Below, in pieces: positions 46,479-57,930 of a stretch of DNA of 64,000 bases. The position numbers were made by a program, and so were the translations under genes. How positions within the stretch are numbered: the first letter of the stretch is position 1; every line of letters starts with the position of its first letter. Source of the DNA: the human T2T-CHM13v2.0 reference genome, Homo sapiens; contig CP086569.2 in the NCBI GenBank assembly GCA_009914755.4, forward strand, positions 12,640,001 through 12,704,000, in the 5' to 3' direction. The notes below the pieces were generated by a model. That model searched no databases, was not told the origin of the DNA, and saw nothing but the letters and a program-made list of their open reading frames with translations.

Positions 46479-47989
46479 TAAACTTACATACATTTCATTT
46501 ATATTCTCATGTATATGCCAAATATTATTTTAAAGAATGAAAATATAATTGTCAAATTCATAAGTATTGACTTCTTCCAAAGCTTTTAATGTTTTTGTTC
46601 CTATCAGCACTCTCTTCTCTATCTCAGCGTACCAGTTTTTCCTGTTATACTCTTGACTTCTTACCCTGCCTGTTTTGGGTAAACCACTATTTTGATAATG
46701 TAGCTTTTAGTAAAAGACTATCAAAAACAAAATGACATGCACGCAATGATTTCAACAATCCTAAACAAGCAAAATCTTATAAAGCATGTAAACAAGGACT
46801 ACAGAATAAGATACAAAATGAAAACATTTTATGTTAGTGTTGTGAGATTATGTATTACAATTTTTCCCTGGAATTGTTTTTTGCTACCTCATCATTTAAA
46901 TTAAAATGTCAACAAGAAACATTAACTATAGCTGTAAAGCCTACTTACCTGTGCCATGATGAAAATATCACACTACAAAATTTTTTGTATTTGTATATTA
47001 TGTTATATTCAAAAGTGTTTTAGATTTTCAAAAGAAAGTTAGAAACAGTATCTTTAGATGAATGGTTTTGGCAGATTATGAAAGCCTAAAATTGTTGGCA
47101 AACTTGAACCTCAAAAAAGTAATTTGATGCTAATTAGCTATTTAAACATGCAGAAGATAACTGACGTGAGAGAAAGGAATGAAAATTCAGACTTATCTGA
47201 ATAGTAACAACACACAGGAAAACAGAATAATTTAGAGCTGGGGAATTAAAATAGTCCTCGTCTTCTCACAGAACAAAAGGAAAAAATACTCTGAAGTCTT
47301 TGTTGCAATGGTGTGGAAAATTTATGTTTGAAAAAGCTGCATGTTTGAAAAATTGCATTTTTAAAATTAGTTCAGATTTTAGCAATTAACTTCAAACTAG
47401 CATAAAAGTGTTCCTACATGGAGCAGATTCAATTCGAGGCTAAAGGAAAAGCACCTGACATTTTAGTTAGCCTATGCAGTCTGTCATGGATAAACCTGTA
47501 AGTGACTTTACGATTTAGGATTTCTGAGGTGTGAAAAACAGCTCTGGACCTCAGAGTCAAAGGTTGAATCAGAGCTGAAAGCGGACTTTGCCGATCAAAC
47601 CTCCGTCAGCAACAGCAAATGTTACACAGACGTTGAGACTATTAGGAGAGCTGAGTGCTTGTGACTGACACTATTTTTATCTGAACCCCCTCTCCAAATA
47701 CCAGTGGGTCCCTGGGGTTGCCAAAATAACTTAAATGCTCTTTATAAGAAAAAGCTTAGGTCATTTTTGTTAATGTGTTCAACTTGCCAGATTCTTTGAA
47801 AGCACCGATTCTTGTCTTCAGTACCATAATGAAGAATCACTTCTAAACATTTCTAAATAACAATCATCATGTTACTACATCCAAAAAGTTGTTTAAAGCA
47901 TGTACTTCAGAATAATCGTATTTAAATTCTTCCTTTGACTTCATGTCCCAGGGCACTTGGAAATGACAGCTGCCGTGAGACATGGAATT

Positions 47990-49230
47990 GGAGGAGTTTC
48001 TGGGAGAATTAGAGGGTAGGGGTTTGTACTCTGGCAGTTTCTGGGTATCATTTCATCTCTCACCATCACCAAGGAGCGGGAGTAACCCATGGCAGCCTGC
48101 TCTGAGAAGACACCATGCAGCGTCTTCATGTCTTGGACCGCAGTGGGAGATGTGGGCTTGTGAGTCCCCTCTGCCCAGTTCACCAAAGATCAGGGACTGG
48201 CCCCAGATGATCTGCAGCCACCATGATGCTCTTCCCATGAGCCAGGCTCCACATTCTCCAGCCACGGATGTTCAGCACTGCTTTCAGGTACATGATAGAC
48301 TCATGGGAAGTGTTGGTGGCCTCCCAGAAAAACACGTCACCCTCTTCACTGACAGCAAAGGACCAGGCATAACCAGCATAGATCTGGGGACCCCATTCCA
48401 GGAAAGCCAAACCGCTTGTGGGAGGTGGACCATCTCGTTTTTCTGCTCCACATGGTCCAGCCAGCAATAGCCACCCCGTGTCAGAAGAAGATGTGCTTCT
48501 GGGAGTCCAGGACCAGCATGTGGTTAGCTCTACAGGCCACATCTGCACAACCACGTGTGGTACTGGCAAAATCTGCTAATCTTTCTTCCTTCTCCATGAA
48601 GACAGCCACTTGCCTGGGCATCAGCTCCCAGCTGGACTCTATCCACAGCAGTGGGGACATGAACTTCTCATCATGAGTTGTATACCAGGTGACCATATTC
48701 AGGGCTCCCAAAGGAATAAAGTTTGGGTTTTTGTTTTTTGTTTTTTGTTTTGGTTTTAGTTTTGGTTTTTGCAGTCCATCATCCCACTGAATTCAGTCCC
48801 ATGGACCATTTTGGTGAATGGCTGGCCTTGTATACCTTCTGCGCAGGGCTAGGAACTGCATCTGTCTGACGACCAAGCCCCACCTTCTGCATCTTGTTCT
48901 TTCCAAAGGCAAATGCAGTGCCCACTTCCAGCAACACTGGGTTGTGGCTCCACCCATAGGCTGCTGACACAGTAACCCCAGGACTGGGACCCTTTATCAG
49001 TTTGGGTGCTTCAGCTTTCTTGGTGTCACCATGTTTCAGCTGCCCCTTTTCATTTCAACTCCAACTCCACAGATTCCCTTCTGTGGTGATAAGTGGACTG
49101 TAGGAAGCATATGTACCCAAAACCACTGCCTGCACCTGGACTCCCAGCAGGCATCCACTTCTATGGGGCACCTACAAATTCTGACTGGGGATCATGGTAA
49201 GCATCCTGTTATGTAAGTACTTATTTAACC
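47990..49230 (-). pseudogene. RCC1-like domain (RLD) pseudogene fragment, minus strand; intron-less run of at least 5 beta-propeller blades with frameshifts, stops and an internal simple-repeat insertion; probably a processed pseudogene, parent gene not identified
   Basis: Minus-strand translations contain tandem RCC1-repeat signatures: 'EGNLWSWS*NEKGQLKHGDTKKAEAPKLIKGP...VSAAYGWSHNPVLLEVGTAFAFGKNKMQKVGLGRQTDAVPSPAQKV', 'FGSPEYGHLV', 'DVACRANHMLVLDS', 'IYAGYAWSFAVSEEGDVFFWEATN' and 'IIWGQSLIFGELGRGDSQAHIS'. These match the [V/I]ACGxxH[T/S]xxLT..G.V..WG.N..GQLG.GD pattern. Successive blades fall in different, overlapping reading frames (minus ORFs 48481-48711 and 48180-48569 overlap). Confidence 0.5.
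48721..48770. repeat. (GTTTT)n-like simple repeat interrupting the RLD pseudogene
   Basis: 'gtttgggtttttgttttttgttttttgttttggttttagttttggtttttgc'. Confidence 0.8.
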
Positions 49231-49539
49231 AATCAAGCCCCAGCCAGTTGCTCTAAAAATCAAGGCTGCCATTTGCACTTAGAACCTTCATCTTTGCTGC
49301 ACTCCTTGGTGTGTTTGGCTCCGTGATGACGACAGCCACACCTCCCACCTTGTTGGCCACCTGGTCTGCCATGCTGGGTGCTTGCCTCTGCAGGGAGCAC
49401 CTCAAGTTCCAAGCTTTCCTTCTCATGCAACTGTTTGATGCTGCTGCTGCTGCTGCAGTACTTGGTCCTTGCATTGTTAATAATCACCTCCCTTGCCACC
49501 AAAGGGTTTATAATGCTTGCAATAATACACAGCTGTGAT

Positions 49540-50535
49540 GTTACTGGCACAAAAACAGACACATGGACCAATGGAACAAAATATAGAACCCAGAAATAAA
49601 GATGCACACCTACAGCCAACTAATTTTTACAAAGTCAAAAAAAAGGGAATGTGGAAAGTACTTCCTATTCAATAAATAGTGCTGGGATAGCAGGCTAGTC
49701 ATATGCAGAAGAATGAAACTGGATCCTTACCTGTCACCATATACAAAAATTAACTCAAGATGAATTAAAAATTTAAATGTACAACCTCAAACTATAAGAA
49801 TCCTAGAAGAAAACCTAGGAAATGCCATTCTGGAAAGAATTTATGATGAAGTCATCAAAAGCAATTGCAAAAAAATAAAATTGACAAGTGGGACCTAACT
49901 AAACTAAAGAGCTTCTCCTCAGCAAAAGAACCTATCAACGGAGTAAACATGCAACCTGCAGAATGGGAGAAAATATTCACAAACTACACATCTGACAAAA
50001 GTCTAACATCCAAAAATCTTTAAGGAACTTAATCAATTGAACAAGCAAAAAACAATTCCATTAAAAACTGAACAAAAGACATGAACAGACACTTTTCAAA
50101 ATAAGACATACAAGTGGCCAACAAACATATGAAAAAATGCTCCACATCACGAATCACCAGGGAAATGCAAATCAAAACCACAATGAGATACTACCTTATG
50201 CCAGTCAGAATGGCTATTATTTAAAAGTTAAAAAACCACAGATGTGGGCATGGCTGCAGAGAAAAATGAGTGCTTATACACTGTTGGTGGGAATGTAAAT
50301 TAATTCAGCCACTGTGAAAAGCAGTTTGGAGATTTCTCAAAGGACTTAGAACTACCACTCAACCCAGCAATCCCATTACTGGGTATATACCCACAGGAAA
50401 AGAAATCATTCTCTCAAAAAAGCACACACATGCGCATGTCCATCATGGCACCATTGGCAATAGCAAAGACATGGAATCAATCTAGATACCCATCAATGAC
50501 AGATTGGAAAAAGAAAATATGGTACATATACACTC
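49540..50535 (+). mobile_element. Older L1 (L1PB/L1MA-like) ORF2 C-terminal region, plus orientation; 5' part of an element split by an LTR insertion
   Basis: The plus strand encodes L1 ORF2-like sequence: 'YWYKNRHMDQWNKIENPEI...', 'ctcctcagcaaaagaacctatcaacggagtaaacatgcaacctgcagaatgggagaaaatattcacaaactacacatctgacaaaag', 'ccagggaaatgcaaatcaaaaccacaatgagatactacc' and 'gggtatatacccacaggaaaagaaatcattc...gattggaaaaagaaaatatggtacatatacac'. Confidence 0.85.
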
Positions 50536-50937
50536 ATATAGTTTGGATATTTGTCCCCACTCAAATCTTATGTTGAAATGTAATCCCGAATGTTGGGGGT
50601 AGGGCCTGGTTGGAGATATTTGGGTCATGGTGGTGGATCCCTTATGGCTTGGTGTTGTCCTTGCAACAGCAAGTGAGTTCTCATGAGATATGGTTGTCAA
50701 GTGTGGGGCACATCACCCACTCTCTTTCTTGCTCCTGCATTCACCAAGTGAAGTGCCTGCTCCTGCTGCACCTTCTGCCATGAGTAAAAGTGCCCTTAGG
50801 CCTCCTCAGAAGCCTAGGAGATGCCAGTGCCATGCTTATACTGTTTGCAGAACCATAAGCCAATTAAACTTCTTTTCTGAATAAATTACCCAGTTTCAGG
50901 TAATTCTTTATAGCAATTCAAGAACGGCCTAACACCT
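50536..50937 (+). mobile_element. MaLR LTR of the THE1/MST family (MSTA/B-like) inserted into the L1
   Basis: 'atatagtttggatatttgtccccactcaaatcttatgttgaaatgtaatcccgaatgttgggggtagggcctggttggagatatttgggtcatggtggtggatccc...' through to '...ttaaacttcttttctgaataaattacccagtttcaggtaattctttatagcaattcaagaacggcctaac'. This matches the TGATATGGTTTGG..CCCCACCCAAATCTCAT...TTATAAATTACCCAGTCTCAGGTAT LTR pattern. Confidence 0.8.
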
Positions 50938-51313
50938 ATACCATAGAATACTATGCAGCCATAAAAAGAATGAAATCATAACCTCTGCAGCAACATGGAT
51001 GCAGCCTGGAGGCCATTATCCTAAGCAAACAAGAACAGATGGAAGAATAGAAAACCTCATACCTCATGTTCTCATTTATAAGCGGGAGCTTAATATTGGG
51101 TACTCATTGACATGAAGATGGCAACAATAGACACTGGGGTCTGCTAGAGCAGGGAGGAAAAGGGAGGAGGGCAAAAGTCAAAAAAACAACTATTGGGTAC
51201 TATGCTCAGTACCTGGGTAACAGGATCTTTCATACCTCAAACCTTAGCATTATGAAATATACTCAAGTAACAAACCCACACATGTAACCACTGAATCTAA
51301 AATAAAAGTTGAG
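50938..51313 (+). mobile_element. 3' end of the same older L1 (ORF2 end plus 3'UTR), resuming after the LTR insertion
   Basis: 'ctataccatagaatactatgcagccataaaaagaatgaaatcat..gcaacatggatgcagcctggaggccattatcctaagcaaa...catttataagcgggagcttaatattgggtactcattgacatgaagatggcaacaatagacactgggg...' with the 3'UTR ending 'gtaaccactgaatctaaaataaaagttgag'. Confidence 0.85.
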
Positions 51314-51625
<312 letters not shown>

Positions 51626-54066
51626 AGAAAATATTGTAGGACAAAATAATATAATACACAGCTCTAGTCTACAGATGAATTTCTCATCGGGTGCAGTTGT
51701 AGTAGTCTAAAAACCCTAATTTGGGGCAATCTGTCATGGGAGAAAGTGAAAGTAGTTTATATTAATAAAAGAAGCTATAAGCTACCTCCCACATGTTCTG
51801 CAGACCATGGAATTGTATGAAAATCCTTTAAAAGCAACATAAGTATATCCAGATATAGTTCGATGAGGCAGTAAGACCACTGCCACCAATTATTTAAGGA
51901 AAGCCTGTCTGGTGACAGTCATGCCAAGACCCTGAATCCACTTGAATGGTGGAAGTGGACACATAGGCTTAGGGAGTTCAAGTACTTTATGAGTAACATT
52001 CTCTTATCATACATAGAATGCAAAATGATGTATTTTTTTTTCTTTTAAAAAAGCAAAAGATGACTGAAGCTGCATTGTTGTTGGACTTTCTGAGGTCTTA
52101 TTTTATAAATGATTCAACTTGTCCTGTATGCTTTGAAAGTGCTTTTTTCTCTTAATGCTTAACTACAATATTTACTCATAGTTTACTTACCAACCCTACA
52201 AAAGAGGTAGTTAACTTGGCTGCTTCCATTTCCTGCCTGCCTGGCTGCTGAACTTCCTGGGACCAGAGAGGCCATGCCATTGCCCAAGTTTGGCTATGGG
52301 GGGCTCCCCTGACTTCCTGCCAAGCTGGCCTGGAGTCCTTGAGGCATGGAGATGCCTGCAACAATGAGGTGGCCCCAGACTCATCCCATGTGCTCCTGCT
52401 GGCCATGGCACAATGATGGCCTCCACAGGACCCCTGCCACTAGCCCTCAATCTACTTCTTTGCTGTGGGAGCTAACAAAGTTGAAATGGCTTCTCCTTCT
52501 GAGCCAAGTGCATTGCCCATTTAAATTTTTTAATTGTTGAATAGTATTCTTATATAGATACACTTTTCTTTTTTTCTTTTGCTAGTTGATGAGTATTTGG
52601 GTTGTTTCCACTTTGGGTTACTATGGATGGTGCTGCTATGAGCTTTCACATGAGTCTTTGAGTGGACATAGGTTTCCATTTATTCTGGGTACCTATCTGG
52701 GAGTGAAGCTGCTGAGTCATATGGTAATTCTACATATGGCACTCTGAGAAACTACCAAATTGCTTAACAAAGTGGCTGCATTCATTTGCATTTCTGTAGG
52801 CAATGTCTGGGGGGTCCCTATTCTCCCCCTCCTTGTCATCACTTGTTATTTTCTATTGTTTGATTACAGCCACTCTAGTGAGTATGAAGTTGTATTGCAT
52901 TGTGATGCCAGTATGGATGTCTGTATTGACTAATGATATTGTACATATTGGAATAGTATATTTTCCTCGGAGAAATGCTATTGAAATCCACTTTACATTT
53001 TAAATAGTTTATCTTTTGTTAATGAGTACTATGAAATGTTTTCGTCTGAATAGTTCATGAGCAGATTTATCATTTGCAAATATGTCATTGCTTTTGGTGA
53101 TTTGTCCTTTCATTTTCAAAGATAAATATGCAAATGGATAACAACCAGTCTACATATAAAAAGAGAACTCTGAACACAACCTACAACAATCAGTCCCAAC
53201 AGTCTAGTCTTGATTAGTAACTGACAGCTGACCTAATTTTTGCCTTTGCTTCCAACTTAGGACCAAACTGAGAAGGCCAAACATGCACTCTTACCAGGAA
53301 AATAGAATATTCAGCTTCTGCTAAGCCTTCCTGCAGCTTCCCTATGTCAAGAGCCTCCAATCAGGACACATCTGGAGCCTTGCCTCTTTTTCCACTGTGG
53401 AGTTTTCCCACTCCTCTTCTTGCCTTTGAGTCTCCAACAAACACAAGTGATGGTGGCTAATTCCCTTGCTAGGGCAAAGTTGGGATACACAGCTTTTCTT
53501 GTTTTCATTTTTGTGGTCTCCAATTATTTCCACTGCTGTTATGGAGGTCCCACTGAGGTATCTGCTGCATTGTCCTTTGCCTTGGACCCTATAGTTTGAC
53601 CAGCACCCACCAAGTCATCTTGTTTCTTCTGTTCATGGCTGCCACAGCAGCACTGATGTGATACATGAGCACTGGTTCTGAACTCTCCGTCTTTGCACCG
53701 AGTTCCTTAGGTATTTATTCTGCATTTGGTAGAATAAATACCTGGTTTTTGTTATTGGTTCCTACTTTTTTGACATTCTTGGTGGAATCTGGTCTTCCCA
53801 TTCATTCATTTTGCTCTCTCTATGTTACTGTTTTGTCTTTTGTCATCCAAGTGTTGTCATAAGGAGAAGAATGAGAAGGTGGAACGTAGTCATAGGCCCT
53901 AGAAGGCTATTGTTCAAGCCAGCCTCACACACCGGCGAATTTGTGGTACTCATTGGTCAGACATCCATTTGGACACACTTCGCTATGGGTCACCAATGAA
54001 ATTGGATGAAGTTCTCCTTTATACTTCTGTCTTAGTTCTGTGCATTCCGGTTGTGATCCAGAGAGT

Positions 54067-54137
54067 TTTTTATTTTATTTTATTTTATTTTATTTTATTT
54101 TATTTTATTTTATTTTATTTTATTTTATTTTATTTAT
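54067..54137. repeat. (ATTTT)n pentanucleotide microsatellite, ~14 units
   Basis: 'ttttattttattttattttatttt...' as an uninterrupted run. Confidence 0.95.
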
Positions 54138-54608
54138 TGACTTTCCACCTGCTAGCAGAACAGATTTTTGTGTCTTCATCTGGAAGTGACCAACTGTCAG
54201 GATGAGGACCCAAGACACGAGGTGCATAAGCATTACTCTCCTACTGCCTGCCACCAGCTCTCATGGGGCTAAGTCGGAGTCCTCTCTGCTTCCCAGAAAA
54301 GCTCCTGCTTCTTGTGTTTACTTTCATTACAATGCTCATTCTTGTGTCGGCCTTTCTAAATAGCATTACTTCATCAAGAACTGGGCCTTCTGTGACCATT
54401 CTGGGGAGCATTTGCTTTGAACAACATTGCTCATTTGAGAGGTTCCTTAAGAAAGAAAAGGAATAAGATTTCTCAGGCCCAATGAGCAGTACATTTTGGT
54501 TGGTAAGCAGAAGCTTTCAAATGCTATTCTGAATCAAGAATCATTTCATTAAATCTTCTCTGGCCAAACCTAAGACACAATTTGACACACTTAAGCAACT
54601 ACAAACTA

Positions 54609-54664
54609 TTAGGTTGGTGCAAAAGTGGTTTTGCAAAACCACAATTACTTTTGCACCAACCCAA
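54609..54664. mobile_element. MADE1-like MITE (shortened, ~56 bp)
   Basis: 'ttaggttggtgcaaaagtggttttgcaaaaccacaattacttttgcaccaacccaa', with palindromic termini matching MADE1/Hsmar1 inverted repeats and a TA immediately upstream. Confidence 0.75.
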
Positions 54665-55264
54665 TGGATTCATTTTCTTAGTAAACTCTCTCCCACTTTC
54701 TTGCCCTCCAGTTGACCTTATATCCAGGTGTCCCCCTTCCCCTTTCTCATCCTAATCTCTCTCCTTCTGTGCCTTCATCCTATCCTCCTTCCACTTCTCA
54801 TTCAGATCCCAGACCCTCCCCAACAACTCTCCTAAAACTCCAAATGACCAGTTTCCTCTGAAGTTTCTTCTGTTCCATAAACAAGTTTTGACAGCAACTG
54901 TAGAATTTAAACCTGGGACCCAGCTGAATCAAGAACTACAATTAAAGATTTTTCTAAACCCAGAGAAGTTTAGCAAACTCCAGAGGAGACCAGCAAATAT
55001 TCATAGAAGATTATAGAATTCTCTGGGTGCAAGAGGGTCAGGGTAACCTGATGCTGTAGACCAGAGGTTTCTGTCCCCTCCAATTCATATGTTGGAATCA
55101 AAACCCTTAAGTGATGTATCTGGAGGTGGAGCCTTGGGAGATGATTAAGTCATGAAGAAGAGACCACATGAATGGATTGGTGTCCCTATAAAAGGGACTC
55201 CAAGATGGCTCCCTCATAGCTTCTGTAATGTGAGGACACAGTAAAAAAAAAAATAACTGTTTCT

Positions 55265-55593
<329 letters not shown>

Positions 55594-55889
55594 TCACCAG
55601 ACCACTTGACCTTGGACTTCGCTATCTCTAGAACTGTGTGAAACACATTTCTGTCGCATATAAGCTGTCTGGTCTATAGTATTCTGTTCTGGCAACCCAG
55701 ATGAGCGAAAACACCTGACACATCAACTGGCACTCATAATTTTTGGAACCTCTGACGCTAAAACCCTGAGGGCAAAAGGTGACTGATCTGACTTAGTAAT
55801 AAATCTACATGATCCATGTTTCCACAGTAAGACTGAGAGTCAAAAAAAAAAAAAAGGCCACGAGCAGGTCGAAGTGTCCTTCAACCTAG

Positions 55890-56945
55890 GCGGCCTCTGT
55901 GCAGGTCGGTTGGCCTGGATGGGGCCTGAAGCATCACGTGCATATTGCTTTTGTGCAGCTGGAGCCTCTGGAGCCCATTGAGGTAGAGGCAGACAGTGAG
56001 GAGGCCTGCAGCCTGGAAGACTTTCCAGGGGTGGTGTTTGAGGGCTCCAATTCCATTAAATTCTGTGCGGTCATTTCTGTGTTTAGAAAGGCCAGTGGGA
56101 AGTGACTGATTTTGGTAACTCATTGTCCTTTTCCAGCTCCTGCTTAATGTCTAGAGACACAGGCAATTCCAGTGCTGGCTCTGGTACATGCTGCCTGCTC
56201 CGGAGCCAGAGTGACTTGCAGCCCTGGGCCTCCCACACATCGATCCAGCACCACGGCCAGCTCCAGAGCCACAGTGCTCCTGCCCCGGTCCTGGGACTGC
56301 GAAGAACCAGCCCGGCGAGGCGTTGCCTGACATCGTGGTGTCTGTTGCCCCCACTCGCCTCAGCACTGGAGCTGGAAGAGGCTCCCCAGGAGAGGCGGCG
56401 GCCAGTGGGGCTCCGGCCAGCAGGCCTCGCGCCGCTCTCGGTCCTGGGCGAAGGGAGAGCCGCGGAGGCGGAGAGCAGGGCTGGCGGGCCGGCTCCTGGG
56501 CCTTGCTGAAGAGCTTCCCGCGTGCCAGCCTCGGCCCCAGCACGACCTGAACAACGTCTGTTTCTCGCAAGCCGCCACCCGGCCTATGGGCGCGAACTCC
56601 ACCAGCTCGCCCCCTCCACGTCCCCGCCTGGCCTGCCGCTGATGGGGGCGGACGGGGCGGAATTCCAGCAACTCCTCCTCCTGCTCCAGGACGTGGTCTC
56701 CTCCTCCGGCGACTGGGACCTGCCCTTAGCTGAGCATCTGAGCTGGGGGCCTCTGAGGTGCTGCCCAGGACGGGCTCTTCCTGGTTGGCAGGCAGGTGGG
56801 AATGTATTTTCCAAAGGGCACAGGCCCAGGCAGGACCTAGCAGCTGTACCTTGGGGTCACCATTGGCCCCATCCTGCCCAATGACTTATTTATATTGTTA
56901 TTACTTCAAATTTCTATAACTTTTAAATAAAGAATTTGGCTTTTT
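55890..56945 (+). other. GC-rich, CpG-dense ~1 kb segment (CpG-island-like), with a possible splice-acceptor at ~56135 and an AATAAA at ~56925; candidate promoter/CpG island or GC-rich terminal exon of an unidentified transcript
   Basis: Dense CpG content between ~56230 and 56700 (e.g. 'ggcctcgcgccgctctcggtcctgggcgaagggagagccgcggaggcggagagcagggctggcgggccggctcc' and 'gggggcggacggggcggaattcc'). A polypyrimidine/AG site 'ctcattgtccttttccag|ctcc' sits at ~56118-56139. 'ttttaaataaagaatttggctttttaac' is at ~56920-56947. Long ORFs in all six frames here reflect GC-richness and are not evidence of coding. Confidence 0.35.
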
Positions 56946-57589
56946 AACTAAAACTCTCATGCCTTCTTTAACACCCTAGTGTCAGATGGAATTGTTGAGG
57001 CTAACATGAAAATCGCCCACAGTTTCCTCTTTTTGTTGTGGATGTTTCCATGAATGAATTGTGATCTGATCAACTGTTACTGTACCTTTCAGATTTAGGA
57101 CAGATTCCTCTCCCAGCACCTAGAGATCCCTGTTCTGTCTGTATTGAGGACAAAGATTAGCTAGAAGGAATCTTAAATCTCCTTTACAAATGTAAAAACA
57201 GATTTGCTGTCTATGTGCTTTGCCAAACAGAGAGAGACAGAGGCCATTGAGACATGATGAAAACAGCTTCTTCTGAGATGGGGGAAAAGAAAAATATGAA
57301 ATATGAACAACCACAGTAGGTCCAACAACCTTTCCACAGAGCCAGGCACTCAGGAGCCACCTGTCATGTCTTAGGCCATTTCATTCCTACAAGAACCTCA
57401 CTGAGATTCATCTTACTACTCCACTTTTCAGAGGTGCAAGTTGAGGCTCAGAAAGCTGCAGTGGCATCCCTAGACACAGCTAGTAGGTAGTAGGGTGTGC
57501 CTTGAAAGAAACAGACACTCACCTGCTGAACAGCTGCTCCAGGTGTAGCAGGACAAGCTGCAGACAAAACCCCTCAGATACTGAGTTAA

Positions 57590-57930
57590 AGAAGTAAGGG
57601 CTTTATTCGGCCAGGAGCTTCAGCAAGACTCACGTCTCCAACAACCGAGCTCCCCGAGTGAGCAATTCCTGTCCCTTTTAAGGGCTCACAACTCTAAGGG
57701 GGTCCGCGTGAGAGGGTCGGGATCCATTGACCAAGCAGGCGGTACGTGACTGGGGGCTGCATGCACCAGCAATTAGAATGGAACAGAACAGGACAGGGAT
57801 TTTCACAGTGCTTTTCTATACAATGTCTGGAATCTGTAGATAACAGAAACGATCAGGTCAGGGGTCGATCTTTAACTACCAGGCCCAGGGTGTGGCGCTG
57901 AGCTGTCTGCCTGCGGATTTCATTTCTGCC
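57590..57930. other. Short CpG-retaining segment of unassigned origin (about 12 CpG in ~330 bp); possible LTR-derived or small regulatory CpG cluster
   Basis: 'cggccaggagc..ccgagctccccgagtg..gggggtccgcgtgagagggtcgggatcc..ggcggtacgtgac..aacgatcaggtcaggggtcgatc..gtggcgctgagctgtctgcctgcggattt'. Confidence 0.25.

Noticed and set aside
47982-48470. A plus-strand 162 aa ORF overlapping the RCC1-like region.
   Set aside because: The plus-strand translation is low-complexity and unrecognisable, whereas the minus strand carries clear RCC1-repeat signatures. The plus ORF is the antisense shadow of the pseudogene.
56102-56884. Long ORFs in several frames across the GC-rich segment (e.g. plus 56102-56509, 56522-56884; minus 56151-56570, 56360-56671).
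   Set aside because: ORFs are simultaneously open in most of the six frames, the hallmark of GC-rich sequence that lacks AT-rich stop codons. The peptides are Pro/Gly/Ala/Arg-rich low-complexity with no recognisable domain.
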